From assembly GCF_009914755.1 (NCBI RefSeq), contig NC_060925.1: a stretch of DNA of 64,000 nt. One strand, written 5' to 3'. This document shows, one piece after another, positions 29,116 through 45,310 of the stretch. This DNA is from the human T2T-CHM13v2.0 reference genome, Homo sapiens. Numbering within the stretch: the stretch's first letter is position 1; every line of letters begins with the position of its first letter. The notes under the pieces were generated by a model that saw only the letters and a list, made by a program, of their open reading frames with translations, was not told the origin of the DNA and ran no database searches. Position numbers and translations under genes: made by a program.

Positions 29116-29950
29116 AAATTTGTCTGTTTCTTTTTGTAACTTTGCCTTGGTTGCCCTCTCCCTGATCTACAGTGTATGTTTTTCCTATTTCCATCTCTTT
29201 ACATCTGCAAAAAGGCAAAGTAAAGGAGAGTTGATAGCAGCAAAAAGAATCACTTACCAAGGTAAAGAGCTTGTTCAACTAATGGGAACAGAAGGAATCA
29301 GAAGGACCTAGGCTGACCTCAGCCTGACTTCTCCTTAAGGAATCCAGAGTGAATGAATGGTGGCCTGGAAAAAAGACACTGACTCCCACTTCCCACAGTG
29401 CTCCATGCTATACTCTTAAAGATAGCGTACCAGCAAATGGGGCTGCAAACTGGCCCAGCCTCCCTCAGATTAGCCTCAGATCTTACAGCGAATGGAACTC
29501 AAAGGCCCCAAGAGAGATATTAGGTACTCAGCTGCACACTGAATCTACACCACTCACACTCAGGTGTTCTGGTGAGGATGGGCACCTTGACAGACCTGTG
29601 AGTCACTCATTGACTGCTTACTGGGGATCTATTAAGGAGGAAACACTGTACTATGAAGGGAAATCCAATAGAAAGCTTATCATTGACCATTTTATAAAAT
29701 AGTGGGGCAGATAGATCATGTGCATAATGAATTGTATTAAAGATAGAAAACAAGTTCCTAAGAGAAATACAAGTAAAGTACAACTTGTGGCCAAAGAAGG
29801 GAAATATTACTTCCAAACCATGGCAGGAAAAAGAGCTTTCTCAAAAACATAGAATTTAAACTGGAGCAGAGAGAATTTGGAACTGTAGAGACAGTTTTAA
29901 AGGACAGGTCATGGGACCGTACCAATAGAAGCTACCAGCTAGGAATGTGA

Positions 29951-29954
<4 letters not shown>

Positions 29955-29987
<33 letters not shown>
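29955..29987. repeat. (GT)n microsatellite
   Basis: Directly visible. Confidence 0.95.
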
Positions 29988-29988
<1 letters not shown>

Positions 29989-30714
29989 TCTGAAGAGAAA
30001 CCTAAACATGAAGTAGTTATGGTAAAGAGCTAAAAGTCTGAGCTATCTAAAACATTGAAAATGGGATGGCTAGGAGAAGAAGATGTTTTTGGAAAAGCCC
30101 TCCAATCTCTTTCTCTCTTTCTAAGACCACTCCTGGCTCCTCATCTTTCCTTATTCAGAGTAGACTGGGTTCAACCCTTGATGGCTTTTGCATGCCAGGC
30201 TAAAAACTATGGGCCATAGGCATTAGAATTGGGGAGATTATGAAATATACTGTTTGTGTTTGCTTTTTGACCAGGCATGAGAAACTCAGAGCTATTCTTT
30301 AAGAAGGTTAATCTAATAGCAGTATTTGAAGAAATCAGAACACTAGAGAGACAGAAATCAAGCCAAAGTTGTCAAGATTATGAATAGTATTAGGGTTTTT
30401 TTGAAATTGTGAAGTTTTTCCACTCACTATAATATCAAAGACCACCTATTAAAACCTATTTATGATACCATTCTCTGTCTCATTTACGCAATTGACATTT
30501 CAAAGACACGAATTTTATCATCAGCTTTTGTAAACCTCATGGCCTTATTTCTTTAAAAAAAAGATACAAAAGGACAAATGACACTATGAACTGAAAAAAT
30601 ATTTAAGTAATAAAATATAGACTTCAGCAGTACAGAGAAAGAAATACACTTTGGCAAAGTTTTTAACTACCTAGGCACTTGTTAAAATACAGATTATCAG
30701 GCTCATGAGAGCTA

Positions 30715-30885
30715 GGTCAGCAAGCTTTTCTGTAAAGGGACAGAAAGTAAATAATTTAGGCTTTGTAGGACACTTGGTCTCTGTCAAAAATACTAAACTC
30801 TGTTCTTGTAGCAAAGAAGCAGCCACATAAAAGTCATAAAAGAAAAGATATGGTTATGTTATGAGAAAACTTTATTTATATAAAT
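30715..30885 (+). mobile_element. MER58A-like hAT element (partial)
   Basis: 'ggtcagcaagcttttctgtaaagggacagaaagtaaataatttaggctttg'. Confidence 0.8.
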
Positions 30886-30889
30886 GGTA

Positions 30890-31700
30890 CATGGGCATTC
30901 AATAGTAGCAAAACTTAGGGGCTGAAAATTTGATGAGAGATGGGATGTTTACCTAATCTTAAAGTATATTCTCATAAAATATATATTAAATGCTTACTAA
31001 TTAATAAGTACTTAATATGTATTAATTAACTTCTCCAATAGAGAAACCTAGAAGACACAATGTTAGCCATGTGGTAAAAATGAACATCACCAGAAATCGT
31101 ATGCTACTTGAAATAATATACTAAAAAGAGCACAGCATCATTTCTGTGATATCCCTGCAAAAGATACAAAACCTGAATCTATTCAGGAGCAAATGTCTGT
31201 CAAACACGAATTGAAGGATGTTCTACAGAGTAACTCTTATGGACTCTTCAAACATTTCAACGTCATTAAAAGAGAAAGAAACTGAAGAACTTATCTGATC
31301 GAAAGAGACTAAAGTGATATGGCAAGTAAATATAATGCATGATCCTGGACCTTTGAAAGGACATTATTGGGACAATAAGCAAAATCTGATTAGGATCAGT
31401 AGATTAGATGGTAACATGGTATCAATGTGAATTTTCTGATTTTTATGGTTGTACTATGGTTATATAGGAGAATGTTCTTGTTTTTAGAAAATGCACACTG
31501 AAGCATTAAGGTGTAATGGGGCTTAATATCTCTAACTCTCTTGAATGGTTGAGAAAAAAATAAAATGTATAAATGCAGGGAGTGACAGAACAACACAATA
31601 TGGTAAAATATTAGTAATTGCGGTATCTGGTTGTAGAGTATAAAAGAATTCTTGAAACTATCAGTTTCAGGTTATTCAAAATAAAAAGTTAAAAAATGTT
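30890..31700 (+). mobile_element. L1MC4-like 3' region
   Basis: 'gacattattgggacaata...tatcaatgtgaattttctgatttttatggttgtactatggttatataggagaatgttcttgtttttag'. Confidence 0.8.
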
Positions 31701-32165
31701 TGGCTATCAGCTTCAGGTTATTCAAAGTAAAAAGTTAAAAAATGTTTGGCTGTAATACATCAACTAAAGACAGAAAAAAAAAATGCCCAAATCCCTGGGA
31801 ATAGATGAAAGAAAGAAATTTTAAAGCAATGAGAGAGTGATATGACCAATTCATACATTGGGCAGATCATCAATTCATCAGAAATTTCCATCTGACTTTG
31901 AACAGAATCTTCCCAACTTCCAACAACATGTGATTCAATTAAGGAAAAAACAAAATTGAACCTTGTCAAACAGAAAATGCTAATGAAACCATGATGTACT
32001 TCAAAATGGCTCAAAATAACTTCATCAATGTTAAAGGAGCTAAACAATCAAAATCACAAGCAAGAGTTATAAAAAGTAGCATATGACTGTGACGTCATTT
32101 GTATTGGAATGTCCTAGAGTTGCCATTATATTTAAATTTAAACTAAAAAGTATTTACCTAAGAAG

Positions 32166-32520
32166 GGGGCAAATCTAGGTATTATTGAACTCCAAATTTA
32201 TGCAATTTGTAGATCCTTCTCTAGAAAAAAGAATACAAAATTATGTACAACAATTAATGTTTATTAAGAAAGGCAAAATAAATTATGGTAAACTACAAAT
32301 CTTAAGAAGCTGAGAAGTATAAAAAAAAAAGAATGTTTTATAAATTAGATGTTTGGCATGGCTTTTTCATACTTTTCCCTATATTTTGTGGCTACATATC
32401 TTTACCTTTCCATATGACAAAATTCTGCATTATCATAATCTATACAGAGAAAGGAATGGGCTGTGCTAGTGAGAAGCCCTAAAATTGAAACTTTATTAAC
32501 TACAAGTGAACCTGTCACTG
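32166..32520. mobile_element. hAT-Tip100-like DNA transposon remnant
   Basis: 'ctctagaaaaaagaatacaaaattat' and terminal 'gccctaaaattgaaactttattaactacaagtgaacctgtcactg'. Confidence 0.45.
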
Positions 32521-33334
32521 CCCCTGGATAAAATGTTTCTCAAAGATGTTACTATGCTTGCAGAGGACATTGAGGGATGACCTCTGAGCTTATGAAAGGC
32601 CTAGATAAGTTAGAAATCCAGGAGCTATACTGAACCATCCAAGTATGTTGACCCTTCAAGCATTTTATGAATATATAAAGGTGAATAGCTAAAGAATAAG
32701 CTTTTGAAACCTAATGGGACTTGGTTACTATTTATGTACAAGAGCAACACAGATAAAAGTCTATTGCTAACTAAGTTTAGAAGAGTTCCTTCAACAAGAA
32801 TAAATAAAAATTCTGAGCAATAAGAAGGCCTGGGGTTGGGGGGAGGTACATAAAATATTGGTACGTCTTACAATCAAGGGCTTCTTGGATTCATTTGGCA
32901 GTTTATTTTGTTCCCTTGCTGATTATGAGCTATTCTAGCTCACAATTCAAGGAATTTAGGACAACTAAAACAAAGCATTTATAACAAATGAAAATGTACA
33001 GTGATTTAAAACCTCTCTAAATTAGGGGCTGGGTTGGGATCTATTAGGAGATTTAGGATCTGGTCTAAGTAGGGTCCCAGCGGTGGGATGGCATTCAAAA
33101 GCAAGCAGGAGCAGAAAGAGCCAGAGAATGACTTGATCTAAAGCCCTATGAAAGGTATAAAGTGAGAAAGCTAATTCCAGAGCAGAAGGAAGAAGGTCAA
33201 GAGTGAAGTCACGCAGAACTTGGGGGACTGCCAGGAACAGGACTTAGAGCCCCAGTGTTGCCCTGGTTAAAGTCCCACATAGCTCAGCCTTCCTGTCCTG
33301 GTTCCTGAGAGAGCCCAGGAACGCAGCTAGAAAT

Positions 33335-33735
33335 CATCTGCCATATCTGAAGCAGTTGAAAGAATTGCACCTGTTTAATCACAAAAGGCAAAGCTAAAGA
33401 AGAGCTTGAAGTATTCTCAGATTAAAGAGCTGCTGCCATGCAGAAAAAGGAGCAAATTTATTCCATATTTCCATGGAAAAACTAAAATCAGCATGTGAAA
33501 TTTACCAGGAGACAGATTTTGAGTCCTTAAAGCAGGAGCTTGGCTGGAATTATTTGCCTTTGTTCACCTAGAAGAGTGCCTGGAACATCCTAAATTACCA
33601 ATACTATTTGTTAAATTGATTAATACAAATAAGAAATAATTGTTCAACAATTACAGTAGTTTGATTATGGAGTAGAATCTGATGATTCTTTCTGAGCTTT
33701 GGGTATTTTATCAGGGATTTGACCACAACGACAAT
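33335..33735 (+). mobile_element. L3/CR1 3' fragment with an embedded short L2 piece (~33530-33625)
   Basis: 'tgaagcagttgaaagaattgcacctgttta...gagctgctgccatgcagaaaaaggagcaaatttattc'. Confidence 0.55.
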
Positions 33736-33744
33736 CTTAGACAT

Positions 33745-33940
33745 AAAATTGAACATGCACCAGGCACTATTCAAAGTGTCTTACACATATTATTACATTT
33801 AATTCTCACAGCCACCCTTGAAACCAGTTGTACTATTAATCCCATTTTACAGATGAGGCAACTGAGACACAGAGAGATTATAGTACTTGTTCAAAGTCAT
33901 GCAACAGAGTCAGGATTTGAACTCAGGGGACCTGGTTCTT
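33745..33940 (-). mobile_element. MIR
   Basis: 'ccaggcactattcaaagtgtcttacacatattattacatttaattctcaca...cccattttacagatgaggcaactgagacacagagag'. Confidence 0.9.
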
Positions 33941-36299
33941 GCCTCTCTGTCTCGCTGCATCCCGTTATCCCATCTGACAGAGAAGAGCTGGAATTGAGTC
34001 CAATATCACAAGAGAGGTTAATTGAGTGTTCTCTTCCTACATACTATGATTCTCAGACCATGCTGGATATCAATTTTTGCTAATGTCAGATCAACCACCT
34101 CATTTTTGGCTAGTTTAATCTATATTAGCAAGACTGAATATTTAGACATATTAAACAAAACACCCATAAGATGCCACAACACAAGATGCATGACACTACA
34201 CATATAAAACAATAAATCCTTTATGACCATAAAAATATTGAATAAAAACTAAAATATATTTTGATTCTGGGGGGGCTCTCTTCCAGGTCTTCAACTTTAT
34301 CAAAAGTAGCATTTACTTGCTTTCTTCAGTTTCCAAGAGCTTGGAGAGTTCAGTGGCGCCAGCACAACCCCCATTAAAAATGCTCACTCAGCCTCGCCCA
34401 GATGCCTAGCAACTTTCTGTTTATTCCACTACAGTCAATTCAAAGTCACAAGAATGACACAGGTGATAAACTGTAGGAGCACAGGTGATGTATGCAGTGA
34501 GGCAGCCTGACTGAGAATGCATGCCCAATGAAGAAAAATCACTCTGAAGGGTTCAGGGTCAATAATTATGCTGATAGGGAAATCAGCAAAGAGGCAGGTG
34601 TCCTGGATAACAGGACATATTTCTTAGCCAGGAAATTATATTTTAAATGAAGGTAAGAAAACATGCTGCTTTGAGGTTGCCAGGTAATCCCAAGAAATAT
34701 AATGTAGGATTTGTTCCCAAGAAAAGGATTAGGGTAATAGCAATTATTGTGCACCTACGGGGTATTGTAGACTGTACCAGACATGTCGTCATTATTATCT
34801 AATTTAATTTTCCCAAAGCCCAAGGTCAATCAGATAGTAAATGGCAGAGTTACAATTTGAACTCAGTTCCTTAGGATTCCAAATCCACTCTCCTCCTACT
34901 ATATTAAGCTCCTCAATATATTGAGCAATATCTTGACAAATTTGCCCTTAAGAAACCATTCTGGTTTTTTTCCCAGGGTCTAATGCTACATAAGATATCT
35001 GAAGTGGTTGTCTTATGAGATCGTGCAGCCAAATTATTTTGTGGAAATGTTAAAGAATAAGCATTATGGGTTATAAGCAGCTTCTTGATGGTACCAAAGA
35101 TGCAAGTGTCCCTGGACTTTTCAAGAAGAAAGTTGTGGCCAACCAGCATACTTAAGCTAGAAATGATGGAGATAGTGCTTAGCTCTCATCAGCTCTGCTA
35201 GAGTATCTACCTCGCAGATTGAGATGTGGGCCTTTGTAGACTGAAAACTGCATCTCTCCAGAAATGAATTCCCTATTATGTGATGAAAGAACCCAACCAG
35301 GAAACACAACCACAACAGAGAACCTCAGGCAAATATACCCATGAAGACAGAACTGAGGGGATCTAAGACTGCCATAGAAGGCCAACTTTAGCTAATGCAA
35401 CCTCTGATGGAAAGAGAGTGAAAAGTTTGGATATTAGACCATTAGGGAGAAACAAAAGCATATATTAAGAAAAGAAGATTCCAAAGGTACACACCAGCTG
35501 TCTTCAGAGTTCTCTGTAGCTATGGAAATAAAGCAGGGAGCAGAGATTAGATGTGTTAGAGATTCATCTTTCAGGCCACCAAAGAAATAACTTCCTAATA
35601 ATCAGAGCCAACTGAAAACAGAATGAGTTGTGTGAAGAAGTTGGAAGATCCCTGTTAATGAAGGTGTCATCTCTCCCTTCGTTAAAATGAAAGAGAACAA
35701 AAAAGAAATAACTTAGCCAAATTGCCATTGCCATGGGTACTATGACGATGTCACATACTTTTTGTGTTTATGATTCTCTCCAGTGCCTTTCTCTTTAAAA
35801 AAAAAAAAAAAAAAGACCTACAACAATCGCTCCATGTTTGGAAAATTATCTTTCCTGACTTTTCTGTTAGTAGAATGCAGTAAGGATACTGTTCGCAGTA
35901 ACTTCCCCAACTAAGATCGGATCATGCTTCTTTCCAGTCACCCTATTTGGCTCCCAGACTCATCACTCTCTGTGGCATGTTACTTTTACCAGCATGTCTG
36001 TGGCTCACCCAGAAATGCAACCCAATGGATTTTGTTGTTCTGTAACAGCAGTGGGAGAATCAAGTGTAGACAGCAAAAGTTAGAACACAGATCATGATAA
36101 AATATCCCCCTTACCAATTATACATTGTTCTGTTTGGACCAATATTTCCCCTCATCCCTGAATTTACCCATTGTCAGTTTCCAGATAATACTTTTCTTTG
36201 CTTTTCAGATTCACTTTAAGTGCATACGTCAATATTCTTGGGCTAGCTCCTCTGGCCTCCATTGCTGACTCTTGTCGCATTACCACTTTTGTATTCAAG

Positions 36300-36440
36300 G
36301 AACCATGGAATTTCAGAGCTGCAAGAGAACCTAGAGATCATTTACACCAAATGCCTAATTTTATGGATGGGAAAACTGAAGCTTCTAGAGCTGATATGAC
36401 TTGCCCAAGGTCATAGGATTAGCAGCATAACTGGAACCAC
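36300..36440 (-). mobile_element. MIR3/MIR fragment
   Basis: 'attttatggatgggaaaactgaag...tgacttgcccaaggtcata'. Confidence 0.75.
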
Positions 36441-37119
36441 TGTTTTAATGGTGTCGACCTGACTTCCCTGTCATAGGGATGTTGTCCATTTTCAGGTACT
36501 GGGCACTAATGACATCTAAGCTACCCTAACACCTGCCATCTGATCATTTCCTCTATTGAAGTCCCAAGCAACCAGGATCTGGCTGGTTCATCTCTTAACA
36601 CAGCAGGAAAAAAAAATATATATATAGACCTCTCTTCATCAAATACAATTGCTCCTTTTGGTTGTGAGATCATTGTACAGAGGTACCAGTTCAATAAGAA
36701 AGCTTGTTTTGCTTTTGCACACTAAGATTAACATGTGTGTATGTGTGTGTGTGTGTTAAAGGAGAGATTTAAACAAAAGAGTAATATGAATGAAAAATCA
36801 TGTAAAATAAAGCAACATTAATCATAAAAGGAAGACATTTTTCTTCCCAACTGCCACCTAAATCAAATATTTTGAGTTTTTATTTATTAAAAATTTCATA
36901 TAGATTTGAACAAAAATGACATATTTTCTAAATTCTGAAAAAGAACAAATCTGGGATGTCAAAAATCTCAAGCCAAATCTGTGCCATACATTTTTGTCTT
37001 TCATTTTGAGTTCCTAATCAGTACTAAATTGCTACAGATGGCACAGATATTGTCATCCTATAAACATCAGTTCATCTAGAGACCAACCAGCCCACAGCCC
37101 ATCTGGAGGAAGAAAATAA

Positions 37120-37320
37120 ACCAATATCCACTGAGTACCAACTATATGCTAGCCTCTTCTATATACATTATCTCATGGTAATTCCCACAACAATCCTGCA
37201 AGGTAGATATTGTTATTCCATTTGTTTTCCATAGGAAGAGGAAACTGAGCTCATATACTTTGCAAATGGTAGAGCTAGAATTCGAGTGTAGATCTAAGTG
37301 ATCTCTTTTTTTCTCTACAT
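37120..37320 (-). mobile_element. MIR
   Basis: 'ctgagtaccaactatatgc...cacaacaatcctgcaaggtagatattgttattcca...gaggaaactgag'. Confidence 0.8.
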
Positions 37321-37784
37321 CATGCCGTGTGTTACCCTCAAAGATCACCAACATACCACAGGAAATTTGCTGAGCAGAAATGTGCCAATCATTAGAAAAT
37401 GAGACAAAACAAGGAAAGGACACTGTGGAAACTGAGAATAATGTCCTAATGGTTTGTGAGTCTAAGCAGAAGAAGCATCTCCCATGGTATGGAGGAGCTC
37501 CATCTTATTACTACATGGACTACAAAATGTGGCTTTGGTTGTAAGGTGATTGGATATCCTAAGTTCCCTGGCTTAATCATTACACATTGCATAAATATAT
37601 CAGAATATCACATGTACCCTCAAGTATGTACTAGATAGCTAGGTACATAGATGATACATAGATTTTAGATAATACAAAAAAATTTTCAAAAGCATGTTCT
37701 CAAAATACGGTTTTTAGTGACTAACAGTCCACGTGAATAACTGTACCATAATTTTAACCATTCCTCTTTGGCTGGATCTTTGGG

Positions 37785-37917
37785 TTTTGTTTTAGTTTTT
37801 TTGTGTTCGTTTTTGTTTTTTCGTTGTTGTTGTTTTTGAGACAGAGTCTCACTCTGTCGCCCAGGCTGGAGTGCAGTAGTGCCATCTGATTACAGGCGTG
37901 AACCATCGGGCCCAGCC
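37785..37917 (-). mobile_element. Alu with large internal deletion
   Basis: Tail plus ~50 nt of the Alu 3' end joined directly to ~30 nt of the Alu 5' end at gccatct|gattacagg. Confidence 0.85.
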
Positions 37918-40202
37918 TCTTTGTTTCTAAACCAGTTTCTTCCTACTTTAAATAAATGCTGTTATTAACATCCTTGTATGTAAATCTCTGTAGCACTTTG
38001 GGCATTTTTTTTGACCCCCATCTCAGGTCTACCCTCTTCTCCTACAGTAAAAAACTGCCTAAGTTTTGTCTGATGGGACAACTTGAACTTACGGGTCACT
38101 CAATAGTCCAGGACTGTTAGGAAGAAATATTATGAGGATGGAATAGGAAAAATCTCGGGCAGAGTAGAGATCGGCCTTATAAAAAGTCACTATGGGAATA
38201 GCATTTGGAGGTCCAGGCACAGAAAGCAAAAAGGGTACAGTAATGTCATTTGTTAAATTCCAGAAACTAACCACATCGGAGCATTCCAGGTGGTGAGCAA
38301 GGCAGAGCCACAGGAAGAGGTCAGGACAGACAGTGGTAATCTTCTAAGTAGAACATGTGTCCATGCATAGAAGCCAGCCTCAAGCTGGGGCTATGGGAGC
38401 TGGCTAACACCAAAGAAGGGACTGGCATGAGCTAGGCTAGATGCAGGGACCTAGCCAGCAGGTTAGTCTGGGAAGGATATATATATCCTTCCACATATTT
38501 CTCTATAGATTTGAACAAAAATATGATAACTCTATGCATCATATTCTGTGATTTGATTTTCTCATGTAATGTACTGGAGATGCTTTTCCATGTCAGTATA
38601 TATAAAGCTAATTTGTTAGTTTTAATTGATGCACTAATTTTCACAGTATGGCTATAACAATTTACGTAACATTTTCCCAACTAATGAATAATTTGATTTT
38701 TTTCATCTTTAAAAAATTCTACTCATACCAGCATTTCTCCTAGTCATCATCTTGCATCAGTTTGGCATTGTCACTCCAAGACAGACATTAAAACATCTGA
38801 TTTCCCACCCACGTTTGTTGAAAATGATGATGGACCTGATTAATTAACAAAAAATGGAATCTAAGCTGAGGGAAGGAGGAGGAAAGGACACAATATAAGT
38901 GGTCAGGGTGTTTTCATAACCTTCACTGACATATTTATTACACTTAGAAATGGTATGGTTCAGTAGAAAACACAGGTCTGAGGGGACTCAGGAGACCTAG
39001 GATTTGGGATTTTGCTATCACTTATTATCTCTTTTGGCTACAATCTCATCTCACTATCTGTTGAAGGGAACTGGATTAGATGACCTCTAACAGTGGTTAG
39101 TCTATGGATTATGTAATGCAGATAGATTAAAATTTAGGTGTTAAAGGGGTGTGTGTGTGTGTGTGTGTGCATGTGTGTGTGTATGTATTTGTCTATGAAA
39201 AAGAAAGAGAAGAATAATGAAAATATAAAAAGATGAAGAGAAACAGTAACAAAGAAAAAATACTCAATATCATTTGTATCCTGAACTTGAGACTCCAGTT
39301 CTTATGTAATTAATATTTCTAATGCTCAAGGAAATGGGTCTGTAAATAGCCTTTATAGTATATTACATTCAAGCCAGTAAATACTTTCCATCATTTTTTA
39401 AATGTTGGCTGGACAACTTAAAGGCATGTAACTTCACACCTATATTTGGATATTGTTAGACTTGCAGATTTTGGCTCCAATTTTATGAGAACTGAGAGAT
39501 TTAATAATTAGCAATAAAAAACCTACTTTAACCAACATATCCAAAGCTTTCCAATAGAAGAATAAGATTAATGAAGAAAATCTAAGTGAAAAGGAGATTA
39601 TCACCTAATTCCTTCTCATTCTGAATAAAGTTTCATTGGTACAAAAACCTGAGACATCAGAAAAAACTTTTTTTTTCAAATCCAATGCCTGCAAAATCAT
39701 TGTTCTTAACCAACACTGCTCCACTGCCCTTTGCTACCATATTGACAGACTGAGTTTCTCTCTGGTTAATATATTTATAGGTTGAGAGACTTAAGAGCCA
39801 GCAATGATATGGTTGAGAAACTTGCAAAACTTTTATCATTTATTAAGTTTCCAGAAGCAAATGCACACTTCACTGAGGGACTGGCCTGAGCATAAATGCA
39901 TTTCAGAGCCTTCAGTCTGGCTGTTTACCCATCCTATTCTCCCCTTATGTACCACTCAAGTCTATACATATTTACCTCCTTTCTTTTCTCCCTTTCTTCT
40001 TTCCTCTGGTTGGTGTCTCCTTCCTTCATTCATTCACCATTTCCCCCACCATTTATTCATTCTGTTTAATGAAATGTCTTTTTAAGGGAGCATCTGCTAT
40101 AGCCCAGGCCCTGTGTGTGTGGTGGGGGGGATGCCAAGATAGACTAAATGATCCTTGCCTTCCAGGAGTTCCCATCCCCATCCCCTACCTTTGTTCTACA
40201 TC

Positions 40203-40255
<53 letters not shown>
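40203..40255. repeat. (GT)n microsatellite
   Basis: Directly visible. Confidence 0.95.
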
Positions 40256-40256
<1 letters not shown>

Positions 40257-40373
40257 TGGCTCTTCTCTTTCCCTCTAAGTTTAGTGGGCCCCTAGTCTCT
40301 TCCTCAAACCCTTCAAACCCATTTTCAAATCCTCTGTAAGTTTGTAGCAGACACTAATTTATTTATTGCTTCA

Positions 40374-40868
40374 TGTATTTGTTTCCTATTGCTGTTGTAA
40401 CGAGTGGCAGAAAACCACGCAAATTTATCTTATAGTTCTGCAGGTCAGAAGACTGATGCAGGTCTCACTGGGCTAAAATCAAAGCATGGTAAGGACTTCA
40501 TTCTTTTCTGGGGCCTCTAGAGGAAAATGCGCATCCTTGCCTTTTCCAGTTCCTAAAAGCTGCCTGCATTCATTGGCTCATGACCCCTTTCTCTGTCTTC
40601 ATAACCTGCAATGGTATATCAAGTTATCCTTACATTGAATCCCTCACTCAGATACTTCTATCTCCCTCTTCCATCACTTAAGAACCCTCACCATTACATT
40701 GGGAGCATCCAGATAACCCAAGATAATCTCTTTATTTTAAAGGCAGCCATTTAACAAACTTAATTTCATCTGTAGACTTAGCTGCTCTTAGCCATGTAAC
40801 AGATCATGTTCACAGGGTCTGGGGGTAAGAATTGGGCATTTTAGGGGGCCGTTATTCTGTCTACCACA
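40374..40868 (-). mobile_element. MLT1D-like MaLR solo LTR
   Basis: 'tgtatttgtttcctattgctgttgtaac...ctcactgggctaaaatcaa...ggccgttattctgtctaccaca'. Confidence 0.85.
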
Positions 40869-40883
40869 CTTTACCCTAGGAGT

Positions 40884-44546
<3,663 letters not shown>

Positions 44547-44808
44547 CTAGGAGTGTTTTTAATTCAACAGGTGTCAAAGTCTCAAGCTACTAGGATAAAA
44601 CTGCCACACTTTGTTATCACCCAAATGAAAAGGGAGGATATTGGGGGCATTAAAGCTTATCTGAAACTTTGGAATCAGACAAGTCTAATATTACATTTTA
44701 GCTTCTGTCACTTAAGAGTTTTATGGGTTTGGGAAACCCACTTTTAATTTCCCTGAATCTGTATTTGCTCATCCTTAATTAGGATATCTCTTTCATGGTG
44801 TTTTAAAT

Positions 44809-45310
44809 CAGTGATCCCCAACCTTCTTGGCACCAGGACCAGTTTTGTAGAAGACAACTTTTCCACAGATGGGCTCAGGGGATATGGTTTTGGGATGATT
44901 CAAGAACATTACATTTATTGTGCACTTTATTTCTATTATTATTACATTGCCATATATAATACAATGATTATACAACTCACCATAATGTAGAATCAATGGA
45001 AGCCCTGAACTTGTTTTCTTGCAACTAGAAGGTCCCATCTAAGGGTGATGGGAGATAGTGACAGTTCATCAGATTCTCGTAAGGAGCATGTAACCTAGAT
45101 CCCTTGCATGTGCAGTTCACAATAGGGTTCATGTTCCTATGAGAATCTAATGCTGCCATTGACCTAATAGAAGGTGGAGCTCATGTGGTAATGCGAGTTA
45201 TGGGGAGCAGCTGTAAATACAAATGAAGCTTGGTTCACTTGCCTGCTGCTCACCTCCTGCTGTGCAGCCCCATTCCTAGCAGTCCACAGATGTGGGGTTG
45301 GGAACCTCTC
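44809..45310 (+). mobile_element. MER1A hAT-Charlie element inserted into a MIR
   Basis: 'cagtgatccccaaccttcttggcaccaggaccagttttgtagaagacaacttttccacag...ggggttgggaacct'; 8-bp TSD ttttaaat at 44801 and 45311. Confidence 0.9.
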
